DNA of 64,000 nucleotides from an uncultured Atopobium sp. Its GTDB lineage: Bacteria; Actinomycetota; Coriobacteriia; Coriobacteriales; Atopobiaceae. The notes beneath the pieces are model-generated. The model was given only the letters and a program-made list of their open reading frames with translations. It made no database searches and was not told where the DNA came from. The stretch covers positions 4,125-68,124 of the forward strand of contig CAKAPG010000003.1 of the NCBI GenBank assembly GCA_916715765.1. Reading direction: 5' to 3'. The position numbers and the translations under genes are program-made. Position 1 is the first letter of the stretch, and each line of letters starts with the position of its first letter. Shown piece by piece: positions 39,681 through 49,390 of this stretch.

Positions 39681-40334
39681 ATGGACTGGAGCTTCATAGG
39701 GGAACACCTCCCGCTGTATGCAGAAGCTGCAAAAATAACGCTTACTATCTCTTTCTTTGGAGTTATCTTCTCGCTTATCGTTGGTTTGATAAGTGCTCAG
39801 ATTTCGCTGACAAAAATTCCTGTTTTGAGTCAGCTTAATGCCGTTTATGTTGAGCTTTCCAGAGGAACTCCCCTGCTTATTCAGCTGTTTCTTATCTACT
39901 TTGGACTGACTAAAGTTGGTCTCAAAATGGATGCAGAGGTAGCTGCTGTTGTGGGTTTAACGTTTCTTGGTGGCTCCTATATGGCAGAAGTGTTTCGCGC
40001 AGGCTTTGAATCAGTTGCAGCCATTCAGTTTGAATCTGCACAGGTTTTGGGCCTCTCAAAGGTTCAAGCACTCCAGCATGTAATTCTTCCACAGGCACTT
40101 TCTGTAGCAATTCCAGGCCTTGTTGCTAACGTCATTTTCTTGATTAAGGAATCTTCCGTTGTTTCCGGTATTGCCCTTGCAGATTTGATGTATGTAACCA
40201 AAGACATTATTGGCATGCAATACGACACTACAGAAGCGCTCTTTATGCTGGTAGTTGCCTATGTGATTATCCTTGTTCCTATTTCTTTGTTTGGCAGCTG
40301 GCTGGAGAGGAGGCTTGACTATGCCCGTCGATAA
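39681..40334 (+). CDS. Amino acid ABC permease (cysteine-type)
   Basis: SRGTPLLIQL, YMAEVFRAG; ATG after GAGAGGA. Confidence 0.92.
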   Translation: MDWSFIGEHLPLYAEAAKITLTISFFGVIFSLIVGLISAQISLTKIPVLSQLNAVYVELSRGTPLLIQLFLIYFGLTKVGLKMDAEVAAVVGLTFLGGSYMAEVFRAGFESVAAIQFESAQVLGLSKVQALQHVILPQALSVAIPGLVANVIFLIKESSVVSGIALADLMYVTKDIIGMQYDTTEALFMLVVAYVIILVPISLFGSWLERRLDYARR

Positions 40335-40998
40335 CATTTTGCTGCAGGAAGGAGTGATAACGCGCCTTCTTGGAGGTCTCGCAACAACGGTGCATATTGG
40401 CCTTATCTCCGTGGCGCTTTCTATTCCTCTTGGTGTTCTCGTTGGACTTTTTATGACATCCAACAACAAGGTTGTTCGCACAATTCTTCGTGTTTACCTT
40501 GAGATTGTTCGTGTTATGCCTCAGCTAGTGCTGCTCTTTGTGGTGTTTTTTGGTACTTCTGAATGGTTTGATGTCAACTTTGATGGTATTGAAGCTTCAA
40601 TTGTGGTCTTTACCTTCTGGGGAGCAGCTGAGCTTGGAGACCTGGTACGAGGGTCATTAGAGTCAATTCCAGCATCTCAGTATGACGGTGCGTTTGTACT
40701 TGGCCTTTCTCGCCAGCAAACGTTCTTTAAGGTCATCCTGCCCCAGGCCTTTAGGCGTCTTTTGCCCCCAGCCATCAATCTGATTACGCGCATGATTAAG
40801 ACAACGGCGCTTTGTAATTTGATTAGTGTGGTTGAGCTGCTCAGGGTTGGTAGCCAGATTGCTGATTTTTATCGCTTCAAGTTCCCAACCGACGGAGCAC
40901 TTTGGATCTATGGAGCTATTTTCTTCCTGTATTTTGCCGCCTGCTTCCCACTTTCGTATCTTTCACGCAGGCTTGAGAGGAGCGCCTCACATGAGTAA
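40321..40998 (+). CDS. Amino acid ABC permease (second subunit)
   Basis: [22 protein letters not shown]. Confidence 0.92.
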   Translation: MPVDNILLQEGVITRLLGGLATTVHIGLISVALSIPLGVLVGLFMTSNNKVVRTILRVYLEIVRVMPQLVLLFVVFFGTSEWFDVNFDGIEASIVVFTFWGAAELGDLVRGSLESIPASQYDGAFVLGLSRQQTFFKVILPQAFRRLLPPAINLITRMIKTTALCNLISVVELLRVGSQIADFYRFKFPTDGALWIYGAIFFLYFAACFPLSYLSRRLERSASHE

Positions 40999-41746
40999 CA
41001 CCGTTTTAGCAGTTAAGGACCTCACTAAGGTATATCCCTCAAGCGAGAAACCCGTGCTTGATAAGATCTCGCTCTCCATCAATAAAGGTGAGGTAGTTGT
41101 GGTGTTGGGACCTTCCGGTTGCGGTAAGTCTACGCTACTTCGCGCTATTGTTGGCTTGGAAGACATCCAAGGGGGAGAGGTACTTCTCCACAATCAGGTA
41201 ATTTCTGGTCAGAAGAGGGAAAGCGCTGCAACAGGCATTGGAATGGTTTTTCAAAGCTATGATCTGTTCCCCAACATGACGGTTTTGAAAAACGTAACTC
41301 TGGCTCCTCTGGTAGTGCAGAAGCGCTCAGAGGATGAGGTTTTGGCACAGGCAGAAGAGCTGCTTCGTCGAGTAGGACTGTGGGAGAAGAAAGACGCTTA
41401 TCCATCAGCACTTTCTGGTGGTCAAAAGCAGCGCGTGGCAATTGTTCGTGCTTTGATGACTAACCCTGAAGTTCTTTTGCTGGACGAGATTACTGCAGCT
41501 CTTGACCCTGAGATGGTTCATGAGGTTTTGCAGGTAGTTATGGAGCTAGCAGAGCAGGGAATGACCATGCTGGTGGTAACTCACGAGATGCGCTTTGCTC
41601 AAGCAGTTGCTGATCGAGTCATCTTGATTGATCAGGGACACATCGTAGAAGAGTCGTCCGATGCACAAGAGTTTTTCTCGGCACCTAAAACAGAAAGGGC
41701 GCAAGAGTTTTTGCGTACCTTTGAGTTTGAACGTGTGCATAAGTAA
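40991..41746 (+). CDS. Amino acid ABC transporter ATP-binding protein
   Basis: [28 protein letters not shown]. Confidence 0.93.
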   Translation: MSNTVLAVKDLTKVYPSSEKPVLDKISLSINKGEVVVVLGPSGCGKSTLLRAIVGLEDIQGGEVLLHNQVISGQKRESAATGIGMVFQSYDLFPNMTVLKNVTLAPLVVQKRSEDEVLAQAEELLRRVGLWEKKDAYPSALSGGQKQRVAIVRALMTNPEVLLLDEITAALDPEMVHEVLQVVMELAEQGMTMLVVTHEMRFAQAVADRVILIDQGHIVEESSDAQEFFSAPKTERAQEFLRTFEFERVHK

Positions 41747-41804
41747 ACAACATGTTTTTGCACGTAGATGATGTAGTAATTGATACAACTTGTTAGGATT
41801 TGAA

Positions 41805-42701
41805 ATGAACTTCTTTGAAAATACTTCCACTTCTCTTTCTCGCCGTGCTTTCCTTGGTGCAAGCGCACTTTCTGCTGCAGCTCTTCTGGCAGCTTGCAAG
41901 AAAAAGGATTCTGACGGAGCTCAGGGTGGATCTTCTGATACAGACTCAAAGTTTAGAACCCTTGATGACATCAAGAAGGCAGGCACGGTAAATATCGGTG
42001 TCTTCAGCGATAAAGCTCCTTTTGGTTACGTTGATGCAAACGGTAATTACGCTGGTTACGACATTGTTTTTGCAGAGCGCCTTGCAAAGGATATGGGCGT
42101 CAAGATCAACTACATTGCCACTGACGGACAGAACCGCGTACCTTTCTTGCAGTCCAATAAGGCAGATATTATGCTGGCAAACTTTACGGTAACCGATGAC
42201 CGTAAAGAGAAGGTTGATTTCTCTCTGCCATACATGAAGATTAAGCTGGGTGTTGTTTCTCCATCCTCTGCGCCAATCACAGACGTTTCTCAGCTTGACG
42301 GCAAGAAGCTTATTGTTTCTAAGGGAACCACAGCTGAGGTCTGGTTTGCTAAGAATGCACCTAAGGTTGAGCTGGTCAAATTTGACAGCTATGCTGATGC
42401 GTATAACGCGCTGCTCGACGGCCGCGGCGATGCTTTCTCAACCGATAATACCGAGGTACTTGCGTGGATCAAGTCTAACCCTGGCTTTGTTGTTGGTATT
42501 GATGACCTGGGCGACTCCGATACTATTGCTGCTGCGGTTCACAAGGGCAACTCCTCGGTGTTGGAGTTTATCAACAACGAGATTACCGGCCCTCTTGCAG
42601 AGGAGAACTTCTTCCACAAGGATTATGAAGAGACCCTTGCTCCAATTTACGGCGACGAGGTAGATCCAAACAACATTGTCGTCGAGGGCGGCAAGATCTA
42701 A
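41805..42701 (+). CDS. Cysteine-type (CjaA-like) ABC substrate-binding lipoprotein
   Basis: SRRAFLG plus lipobox LAAC; IGVFSDKAPFGYVD, ANFTVT, PYMK, TDNTE. Confidence 0.85.
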   Translation: MNFFENTSTSLSRRAFLGASALSAAALLAACKKKDSDGAQGGSSDTDSKFRTLDDIKKAGTVNIGVFSDKAPFGYVDANGNYAGYDIVFAERLAKDMGVKINYIATDGQNRVPFLQSNKADIMLANFTVTDDRKEKVDFSLPYMKIKLGVVSPSSAPITDVSQLDGKKLIVSKGTTAEVWFAKNAPKVELVKFDSYADAYNALLDGRGDAFSTDNTEVLAWIKSNPGFVVGIDDLGDSDTIAAAVHKGNSSVLEFINNEITGPLAEENFFHKDYEETLAPIYGDEVDPNNIVVEGGKI

Positions 42702-42758
42702 GTTATAGCTCTCAGTTTTACGCGCCGCGTCGTCCTCAACACTCAAATACACCCATTT

Positions 42759-42795
42759 CGCGAGAAGGCCTTGCAGCTTGTAAGGTCTTCTCGCG
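42759..42795. terminator. Hairpin formed by an inverted TTCTCGC motif pair
   Basis: CGCGAGAAGGCCTTGCA-GCT-TGTAAGGTCTTCTCGCG then TTTGT. Confidence 0.7.
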
Positions 42796-42900
42796 TTTGT
42801 AGCCAAATTGTTAATTTGTACAGTACTTTTTAAAAATGATTCTTTGTGCTGATAAAGTAGGTCAACTATTTTTTGACCAACCAGGGCAAAGGAGCTGATA

Positions 42901-43896
42901 ATGACAGCTGAGCAGCAAAAGACAACTCGTAAGATTGGCGTCCCCAGGTTCCCTGGCGATATTATGCTTTATCCGCTTTCTGTGGGCCTACTGCTTCACT
43001 CTTTTTTCCCTCAGGTTCTAGAAATTGGTAGTTTTACCACAGCTGTTGCTAAGGGTGCTCCTGCTATTGTTGGCATTGTTCTGCTGTTTGTTGGCGCTTC
43101 CATTGACCTTAAGACAGTTCCAAAGGTTCTAAAGACTGGTCTGACCATTCTTATCCCTAAGCTTGCTATTGCTATTGCCTTTGGTCTTTTTGTTGCCAAG
43201 TTCATGAACGATAACTTCTTTGGTCTTAATGCACTTTCCATTATTGGTGGCATCACCTTCTGTAATGTTGCCCTGTACATTGGTATTACTGCTGAGTATG
43301 GAACTCCTGATGAGCAGGGTGCCGCTGCAGTTTTGTCCCTTGTTGCTGGTCCTGCAGTTACTATGATTGCCCTAGGTGCAGCAGGCGTTGCAGCAATTTC
43401 TCCTACCGCGCTGATTGGTACACTGCTTCCTCTGGTTCTTGGTGTTGTTCTTGGTAACCTTAGTCCATTTATTAGGGGACTTTTGGTTCCTGGTATTAAC
43501 CCTTGTATTGCTGTTGTTGGTTTTGCGCTTGGTTGCGGTATGAGTGTTGAGAACCTTATTACTGGTGGTCCATCAGGCATTCTTTTGGCAGTTCTTTGTA
43601 TCATCACTGGTATTCTTACCATGCTTGTTGAGCGTCTTCTTGGTGGTTCTGGTAAGGCAAGTCTTGCAAGTGCAACTATTGCAGGAACTGCAACAACCAC
43701 TCCTGCTGCGGTTGCTAGTGTTGATCCAACCTATACAGCTCAGGTTGTTGCAAACGCAAACGCTCAGCTTGCAGCTGCGGTAGTTATTACTGCACTGGTA
43801 GCTCCAGCATTTACCGGTTGGCTTGATAAGAAGCTGGCTAAGAAAAATGATGCCAGTGAGGCACAGACTTCAGAAGAAGGACCTGCTACTGAGTAA
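42901..43896 (+). CDS. kdgT: 2-keto-3-deoxygluconate permease family
   Basis: PGDIMLYPL, IGSFTT, GPAVTM, LGNL, FALG, AAAVVITA; about 10 TM segments. Confidence 0.82.
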   Translation: MTAEQQKTTRKIGVPRFPGDIMLYPLSVGLLLHSFFPQVLEIGSFTTAVAKGAPAIVGIVLLFVGASIDLKTVPKVLKTGLTILIPKLAIAIAFGLFVAKFMNDNFFGLNALSIIGGITFCNVALYIGITAEYGTPDEQGAAAVLSLVAGPAVTMIALGAAGVAAISPTALIGTLLPLVLGVVLGNLSPFIRGLLVPGINPCIAVVGFALGCGMSVENLITGGPSGILLAVLCIITGILTMLVERLLGGSGKASLASATIAGTATTTPAAVASVDPTYTAQVVANANAQLAAAVVITALVAPAFTGWLDKKLAKKNDASEAQTSEEGPATE

Positions 43897-43921
43897 TTAA
43901 GTAGGCTTTATATAATGCATA

Positions 43922-43967
43922 TGAACTGCCTCCCATTTCTTATGTCCAAGAAATGGGAGGCAGTTCA
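43922..43967. mobile_element. Collapsed IS3-family-like inverted-repeat pair, copy 1
   Basis: 46-bp palindrome TGAACTGCCTCCCATTTCTT...AAGAAATGGGAGGCAGTTCA with TG...CA ends. Confidence 0.55.
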
Positions 43968-44205
43968 TATGCGGGTGATTATGATTCTGCAGCGTGTTAG
44001 CGTCGGCTTTTAGGCCTGGCGCACAAAATAGCGCAGCTTTGGTAGGTTTTGCTGAAGAATTGACATGTTCCTAATCAAGATAGCCAGGCAGCTAGGCGGT
44101 CGCACTACCCGATATGCATCTTTATGCATAAACTTCATCTAATATGCTTAAATATGAATAGACTTATATAAGAAATTTAACTATCGATAAATTCTGTATC
44201 TTCGG

Positions 44206-44336
44206 AACACACCTAAGTAAGATATTCTGCTCAGATGCGGGCATTTTACACATCTAATAAAGATAATCTGCATGATTAAGGTATTTTCAGCGTCATGTAT
44301 ACGTCTTTTTGACAGATTATCTGACTTAGGTGTGTT
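44206..44336. repeat. MITE/REP-like 131-bp element with 24-bp inverted repeats
   Basis: AACACACCTAAGTAAGATATTCTG (44206-44229) versus the reverse complement of 44313-44336: 22/24 match. Confidence 0.65.
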
Positions 44337-44337
44337 T

Positions 44338-44383
44338 TGAACTGCCTCCTATTTCTCGTGTCTAAGAAATGGGAGGCAGTTCA
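44338..44383. mobile_element. Collapsed IS3-family-like inverted-repeat pair, copy 2
   Basis: TGAACTGCCTCCTATTTCTCGTGTCTAAGAAATGGGAGGCAGTTCA, near-identical to 43922-43967. Confidence 0.55.
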
Positions 44384-44406
44384 CAGAAGAGGGTTTTATT
44401 CACCGG

Positions 44407-44688
44407 TTAAAGAAAATAAATGATGTGGCTTATCTCGAATATAAGCGCAAGTATGAGGAAAACTAAGAACAAAATTCTTACCCCTTTTTTGATACCGCTT
44501 TTAAAAAAGACATAAAAATCGATAACCTCAGTCAGAATTAATACTAGAAAAAATAGTAATGGTGGAATAAGTCCCTGTTTCCACAGTAGCCGCATTCCCT
44601 GATAAGCCAGAAAACTGACCAATATTACAATACGAACTGTTTTTCTAGAAATCGGTTCTGAAAAATTAAAAATCTTCTCACCAAACAT
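44407..44688 (-). CDS. Small low-GC membrane protein (93 aa, about 3 TM)
   Basis: ATG after AGGGAGG; hydrophobic; AT-rich. Confidence 0.65.
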   Translation of the reverse strand: MFGEKIFNFSEPISRKTVRIVILVSFLAYQGMRLLWKQGLIPPLLFFLVLILTEVIDFYVFFKSGIKKGVRILFLVFLILALIFEISHIIYFL

Positions 44689-44805
44689 ATCTGTTGCCTC
44701 CCTATGGACAACAAGAGCAGTTTATTTGTTGCTAAAGATTGTAATACTGTCTATTAACCTCGTAGTATATAACTATAGTAATTTAACTTGTGATTGGAGG
44801 TGCGT

Positions 44806-45894
44806 ATGGAAGTGGGAGAGTGGAGCATTAGTTCTCCAGCATCTAAGTTTTTACTTGGTGCACCATGGTCAGAAAAGCTTGCTCACGGATGGGTTCATCC
44901 GCTGCGCATCTCTCCCAATCAGCTTAGAGTTATTGGCTCTTGCTCTTCTTGGCACCCCGGTCTTTTTAAACAGATGGCAGCGTGCACTTCAGATATTCAA
45001 GTTGCTTTTACCACGGACAGCTCAGAAGTGGCTCTTGATTTAAAAATTGATGAACTTCCTAAGGGGTCCTTGTCTGTTTTACAGTTACTTAAAGCTGGGT
45101 ATCTTAAAAAGCTCAGCTCTGTATTTGTGACGGTTGACGGTAAACCTTACAAGAACTTCTCGCTGGATGATGCAGGTGAACAGACACTTTCTATTCATCT
45201 AGAAACAGAAACCTCTGAAGATGACCTTGCTAGGCTTCCAGGCTTTAATGACACGCATCACGTGAGTGTTTACTTGCCCTGTTTGCAAAGCGACTCCGTT
45301 AAAAATCTCCGTGGCAATGGCACGTTTTTCTCGCCCGATGAGCCTAAGAAAAAACTAGTGGTGTTTGGCGATTCTATTGCGCAGGGTTTTGTTGTGGAAC
45401 GCCCAGACAAAACTTGGCCGCGCTGTCTTGCTAAGCGCATGAAGCTTGAGGTGGTTAACCAGGGAATTGGTGGACAAGTTTTTCAGCCTGGCTCGTATAC
45501 GTTCATTGAGGATGTTTCTTTAGTTGTTGTTGCACTTGGAGCAAATTATCGCTATGAGAAATGCGCAAAGTCGCAGGTAACATACGATATTCAAAATTCA
45601 CTCTGGCAGATCTCTCAGATGTATGCGGATACTCGTGTGGTGGTTCTGACGCCCACCCCTTATTTTGAGGATACGTATCCCACACACCCTTATTCTTGTT
45701 TTGCCGAGGTTCCTCAAATAATTGAAGAAGCTGCTGGTAGATTTGGTTTGCAGTGCATTTCTGGAGAAAAGCTGCTGCCGCAGGAAAAGAAGTATTTTGC
45801 TGACGATGTGCATCCAAATTCTAAGGGTGCGGCATTTTTAGCAAAAAATCTGTTTGAAGCCTTAAAACAGCCAGTTCAGGATAGTCTTTTTTAG
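44806..45894 (+). CDS. SGNH/GDSL hydrolase family protein
   Basis: FGDSIAQG, NQGIGG, GAN, DDVHP. Confidence 0.88.
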   Translation: MEVGEWSISSPASKFLLGAPWSEKLAHGWVHPLRISPNQLRVIGSCSSWHPGLFKQMAACTSDIQVAFTTDSSEVALDLKIDELPKGSLSVLQLLKAGYLKKLSSVFVTVDGKPYKNFSLDDAGEQTLSIHLETETSEDDLARLPGFNDTHHVSVYLPCLQSDSVKNLRGNGTFFSPDEPKKKLVVFGDSIAQGFVVERPDKTWPRCLAKRMKLEVVNQGIGGQVFQPGSYTFIEDVSLVVVALGANYRYEKCAKSQVTYDIQNSLWQISQMYADTRVVVLTPTPYFEDTYPTHPYSCFAEVPQIIEEAAGRFGLQCISGEKLLPQEKKYFADDVHPNSKGAAFLAKNLFEALKQPVQDSLF

Positions 45895-46003
45895 ACGCTA
45901 GGCTTTCTCAAAAGTTCTTCAGAAGCTCTCTCAAAATTCAACACGAGTTTTTGTCCGGTGAAACTTCTACACTAGAGGTGAAAAACATCTAGAGAGGATA
46001 CAC

Positions 46004-47245
46004 ATGAACATAACTAATCCTTTTGCACCTCATATGACTGGACAACTTTCAGAAGAAACTCAGGCCCTTGTGGCTGAGCAAATAGCCAAGGGCACCTTAA
46101 GTCCTTACGCGTGCAAAAATGAAGACATCATTCGCCGAGATTCCGCCCATGATCAGGCAACGCTTTTGCGTCCCGCTTTTATGCGAGATGTCGAGAAAAT
46201 CATGCATACTCCTGCATATAACAGGCTAAACGGCAAAACACAGGTTTTCTCGTTTCGTGCGCATGATGATATTACGCGACGCGGCCTTCATGAGCAGCTT
46301 GTTTGTAGAGTTGCTAAAGATATTGGCCGTGCACTTGGCCTTAACCTTGATTTGATCGAAGCAATAGCTCTTGGTCATGACGTGGGCCATACTCCTTTTG
46401 GTCATGCGGGGGAGTATTTCCTCAATGATATTTATCACGAGCAAACGGGACGTTGGTTTTTCCACAACGTACAAAGTGTGCGTGTGCTTGATGGTCTTTA
46501 TGCAAGAAACCTTTCTTTGCAGACGCTTGATGGAGTAATTTGCCATAACGGTGAGTTTGAACAGCAGATACTTCAAATGAGTGAACTTTCAACTTTTGAT
46601 GAGTTTGACAAGGTGGTAGAAGATTGCTGGGAGAGAGGTCCTCAGGCTATTGCTCACCTGCGTCCTATGACGCTTGAGGGCTGTGTTATGCGCATCTCTG
46701 ACATTATTGCGTATGTTGGAAAAGATAGACAGGATGCGCTTCGTGCTGGCGTTGCCACAGAAGAAACGTTTGATGATGGCCTTGGTGGCGCCTATAACGC
46801 ATGGGCCACCTCTGCTTTTGTTGCAGATATTGTTCAGAACAGCTTTGGTAAGCCTCAGATTTCTCTTTCTGAAGAGGCATTTAAAGAGATGAAACGAGCA
46901 AAGCGCGAGAATTACCAGAAGATTTATGGCGCATCAGAAGCCAATGGCGATTTCTCTGAAGACATTAAACACCTGTTTGAGAAGCTGTACGAGTACGAGC
47001 TGTCTGTACTTAAATCTGGAGATCAGAGCCTTGCAATCTTTAAGCATCATATTGAGCCGGTGAGTAGGCACCTTTCTAGGTACGGTCATACGTATGACTG
47101 GAAGAGCGATGTACATCGCACTGTTGTTGATTTTATTTCCGCAATGACCGATGACTACTTTGTGGCTACCTGTGAAGCACTCTTTCCAGAAGCCCAGGAG
47201 CTCTTTCCAAAGAGAAGTTACTTTGCAGAAGGGGTACGTGCGTAA
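46004..47245 (+). CDS. HD-domain dGTP triphosphohydrolase-like protein
   Basis: RLNGKTQVF, GHDVGHTPFGHAGE, HNVQS, DFISAMTD. Confidence 0.88.
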   Translation: MNITNPFAPHMTGQLSEETQALVAEQIAKGTLSPYACKNEDIIRRDSAHDQATLLRPAFMRDVEKIMHTPAYNRLNGKTQVFSFRAHDDITRRGLHEQLVCRVAKDIGRALGLNLDLIEAIALGHDVGHTPFGHAGEYFLNDIYHEQTGRWFFHNVQSVRVLDGLYARNLSLQTLDGVICHNGEFEQQILQMSELSTFDEFDKVVEDCWERGPQAIAHLRPMTLEGCVMRISDIIAYVGKDRQDALRAGVATEETFDDGLGGAYNAWATSAFVADIVQNSFGKPQISLSEEAFKEMKRAKRENYQKIYGASEANGDFSEDIKHLFEKLYEYELSVLKSGDQSLAIFKHHIEPVSRHLSRYGHTYDWKSDVHRTVVDFISAMTDDYFVATCEALFPEAQELFPKRSYFAEGVRA

Positions 47246-47349
47246 GACTGGGGTCGGTCAAAGTGCAATAGTTGGGCCACTTAAAGAGCATTTGTGTTGA
47301 GCGGGTTTCTCGCCAAGCTTTTATGTTTGAGACGGGGTAAAATAGCTGC

Positions 47350-48681
47350 ATGGATACTTTATTTTCTGGCATGGAACGTGCCGCTAAAAAAGCTAATGCA
47401 CCACTTGCAGCTCGCATGCGTCCTACCACGCTTGATGGATACGTGGGTCAGGAAGATGCGGTTGGTCCAGGCTCATGGCTGCGTAAGGCCATCGAGCACG
47501 ATACACTCTCGTCTGTCTTGTTGTACGGCCCGGCCGGTACCGGTAAAACCACGCTTGCGCGCATCATCGCTCATACAACGCACGCAGAGTTTGTGGAAGT
47601 ATCCGCAATTACGGGTACTGTTAAAGACCTTCGCAGAGAGATTGAGGCTGCAGAGTCAAGGCTTTTAACAGCAGGTAGAAGAACCATTCTGTTCATCGAT
47701 GAGATTCATCGCTTTACACGCTCTCAGCAGGACGCTCTGCTTCACGCGGTAGAAGATAGAATTGTTGTTCTTATTGGCGCTACTACAGAAAACCCTTACT
47801 TTGAGGTCAATAGCGCCCTGATTTCTCGTTCACGTGTAGTGGAGCTGCATGCATTGTCAGACGCAGCAATCGATGAGCTTATTCAGCGAGCGCTTGAGTC
47901 AGAAGACGGTCTGGCTGGTGCATTTGTCTTGGAAGAAGATGCTCGCAAAGAGATTGTGGCACTTGCGGGCGGAGATGGTCGTGCGGCTTTAACCTCTCTT
48001 GAGCTCGCCTCTCAGATGGTTGACGTTCCAGAATCTGCTGATAGTAAAGCGTCTGAGCCACTTGTAATTACCAAGCAGAATGTTCTTGAGGCAAATCCTC
48101 GTCGCGGTCTTCCCTACGATAAAGCAGGGGATATGCACTATGACATTATCTCTGCGTTTATTAAGTCCATGCGAGGCTCAGACCCTGACGCAGCGCTGTA
48201 TTGGCTTGCACGCATGATTGATGCAGGAGAAGATCCTAAATTTATTGCTCGCCGCATTATGATTTTGGCTTCGGAAGATATTGGCAACGCTGATCCGCAG
48301 GCGCTGCTTATTGCACATGCAGCGTTTAGGTCAGCCGAGGTCATTGGTTACCCTGAGTGCAGAATTAACCTTGCACAAGCAGTTATTTATATGGCACTGG
48401 CTCCAAAGTCTAATGCTGCAGAAGCAGGTATTGATGCGGCACTTCACGAGGTCAGAACAGGTCCAAGGCGAGAAGTTCCAAGTTACTTAAGAGACCGCAC
48501 ACGCCCTGGTTCTGAAGAGTACGGCAACTACCTCTATCCTCACAATTATCCTGGCGGGTGGATTGAGCAGCGTTACCTTCCAGAGGGACTTGAACGCGGT
48601 GCGTTCTTCTCGCCATCCCCAAGAGGTTGGGAAGCGTGGAGAATTGCAGCTACAGAGCGTGATCGTCACGAGGAAGCCTAG
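47350..48681 (+). CDS. rarA: Replication-associated recombination protein A
   Basis: PLAARMRP, GPAGTGKTT, DEIHRF, GATTENP, SAFIKSMRGSD, ASEDIG. Confidence 0.96.
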   Translation: MDTLFSGMERAAKKANAPLAARMRPTTLDGYVGQEDAVGPGSWLRKAIEHDTLSSVLLYGPAGTGKTTLARIIAHTTHAEFVEVSAITGTVKDLRREIEAAESRLLTAGRRTILFIDEIHRFTRSQQDALLHAVEDRIVVLIGATTENPYFEVNSALISRSRVVELHALSDAAIDELIQRALESEDGLAGAFVLEEDARKEIVALAGGDGRAALTSLELASQMVDVPESADSKASEPLVITKQNVLEANPRRGLPYDKAGDMHYDIISAFIKSMRGSDPDAALYWLARMIDAGEDPKFIARRIMILASEDIGNADPQALLIAHAAFRSAEVIGYPECRINLAQAVIYMALAPKSNAAEAGIDAALHEVRTGPRREVPSYLRDRTRPGSEEYGNYLYPHNYPGGWIEQRYLPEGLERGAFFSPSPRGWEAWRIAATERDRHEEA

Positions 48682-48772
48682 GATTTTGAATTAGTTAAGT
48701 GGGAGCATTAAGAAGGCGCTCCTCGGGTAGAATAAAAGGAACTGTAACCGTTAGCTTTGAGGGATGGCATAG

Positions 48773-49384
48773 ATGGATTACTTACAGATTGCCCTTGTAG
48801 TCTTAGCCGTAGCTGGTGTTTGGGCTATTGTCGAGGTTGCTCTGACCCTAAGAACAACAAGAAAGTCAATTACTGAGATTACACTCTCAGCTAACAACAC
48901 CATTGAGCAGATTCAGCCTGTTATTTCAAAGATTGATGGCATGGTTGATGAGCTTGATCCAACTGTTAAGCAGCTACCTGCACTTATGCAGAAGGTTGAT
49001 GAGGCTGCAGAGAACGCTAATACCTCCCTTGAGAGCCTCAACGTAGTTCTTGGTGATGTAGCAACCGTTTCTGGTGCAGCATCTGCTGTAACTGCCACTG
49101 TCAGCAAAGCTGCAAGCGATGCTGTCACAGGTGTTGTTGAGTCTGTTTCAAAGCTGGGAACTGGCCTCGGTGGATCTTTGAATCCTTCCAAGCTTGCAGA
49201 GGCTGCTCAGGCTCGCTTGAGTGATGCAACTGCAACTGCTCAGCAGAGTGCACAACGTGCTCAAGAGTACCTTGAAGAGCTCCCTTTGCTTTCTCAGGAT
49301 AAGACAAAGCATTCTAAGCCCGCTCGTACTGAGCAGTTCTATATTGAGTATGGTTCTGAGTCTTCTCAGAAGACTGAGGAGTAG
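48773..49384 (+). CDS. DUF948-like membrane-anchored coiled-coil protein
   Basis: N-terminal TM helix followed by a long helical, Ala/Ser/Thr-rich region. Confidence 0.6.
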   Translation: MDYLQIALVVLAVAGVWAIVEVALTLRTTRKSITEITLSANNTIEQIQPVISKIDGMVDELDPTVKQLPALMQKVDEAAENANTSLESLNVVLGDVATVSGAASAVTATVSKAASDAVTGVVESVSKLGTGLGGSLNPSKLAEAAQARLSDATATAQQSAQRAQEYLEELPLLSQDKTKHSKPARTEQFYIEYGSESSQKTEE

Positions 49385-49390
49385 ATTGTT

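Noticed and set aside
41805..41900. Twin-arginine-like signal on the cysteine-binding lipoprotein
   Set aside because: SRRxFL lipoprotein signals are common in this group; not evidence of novelty.
46004..47245. dGTPase as an anti-phage defence gene
   Set aside because: Housekeeping context next to rarA, host-like composition and no defence neighbours.
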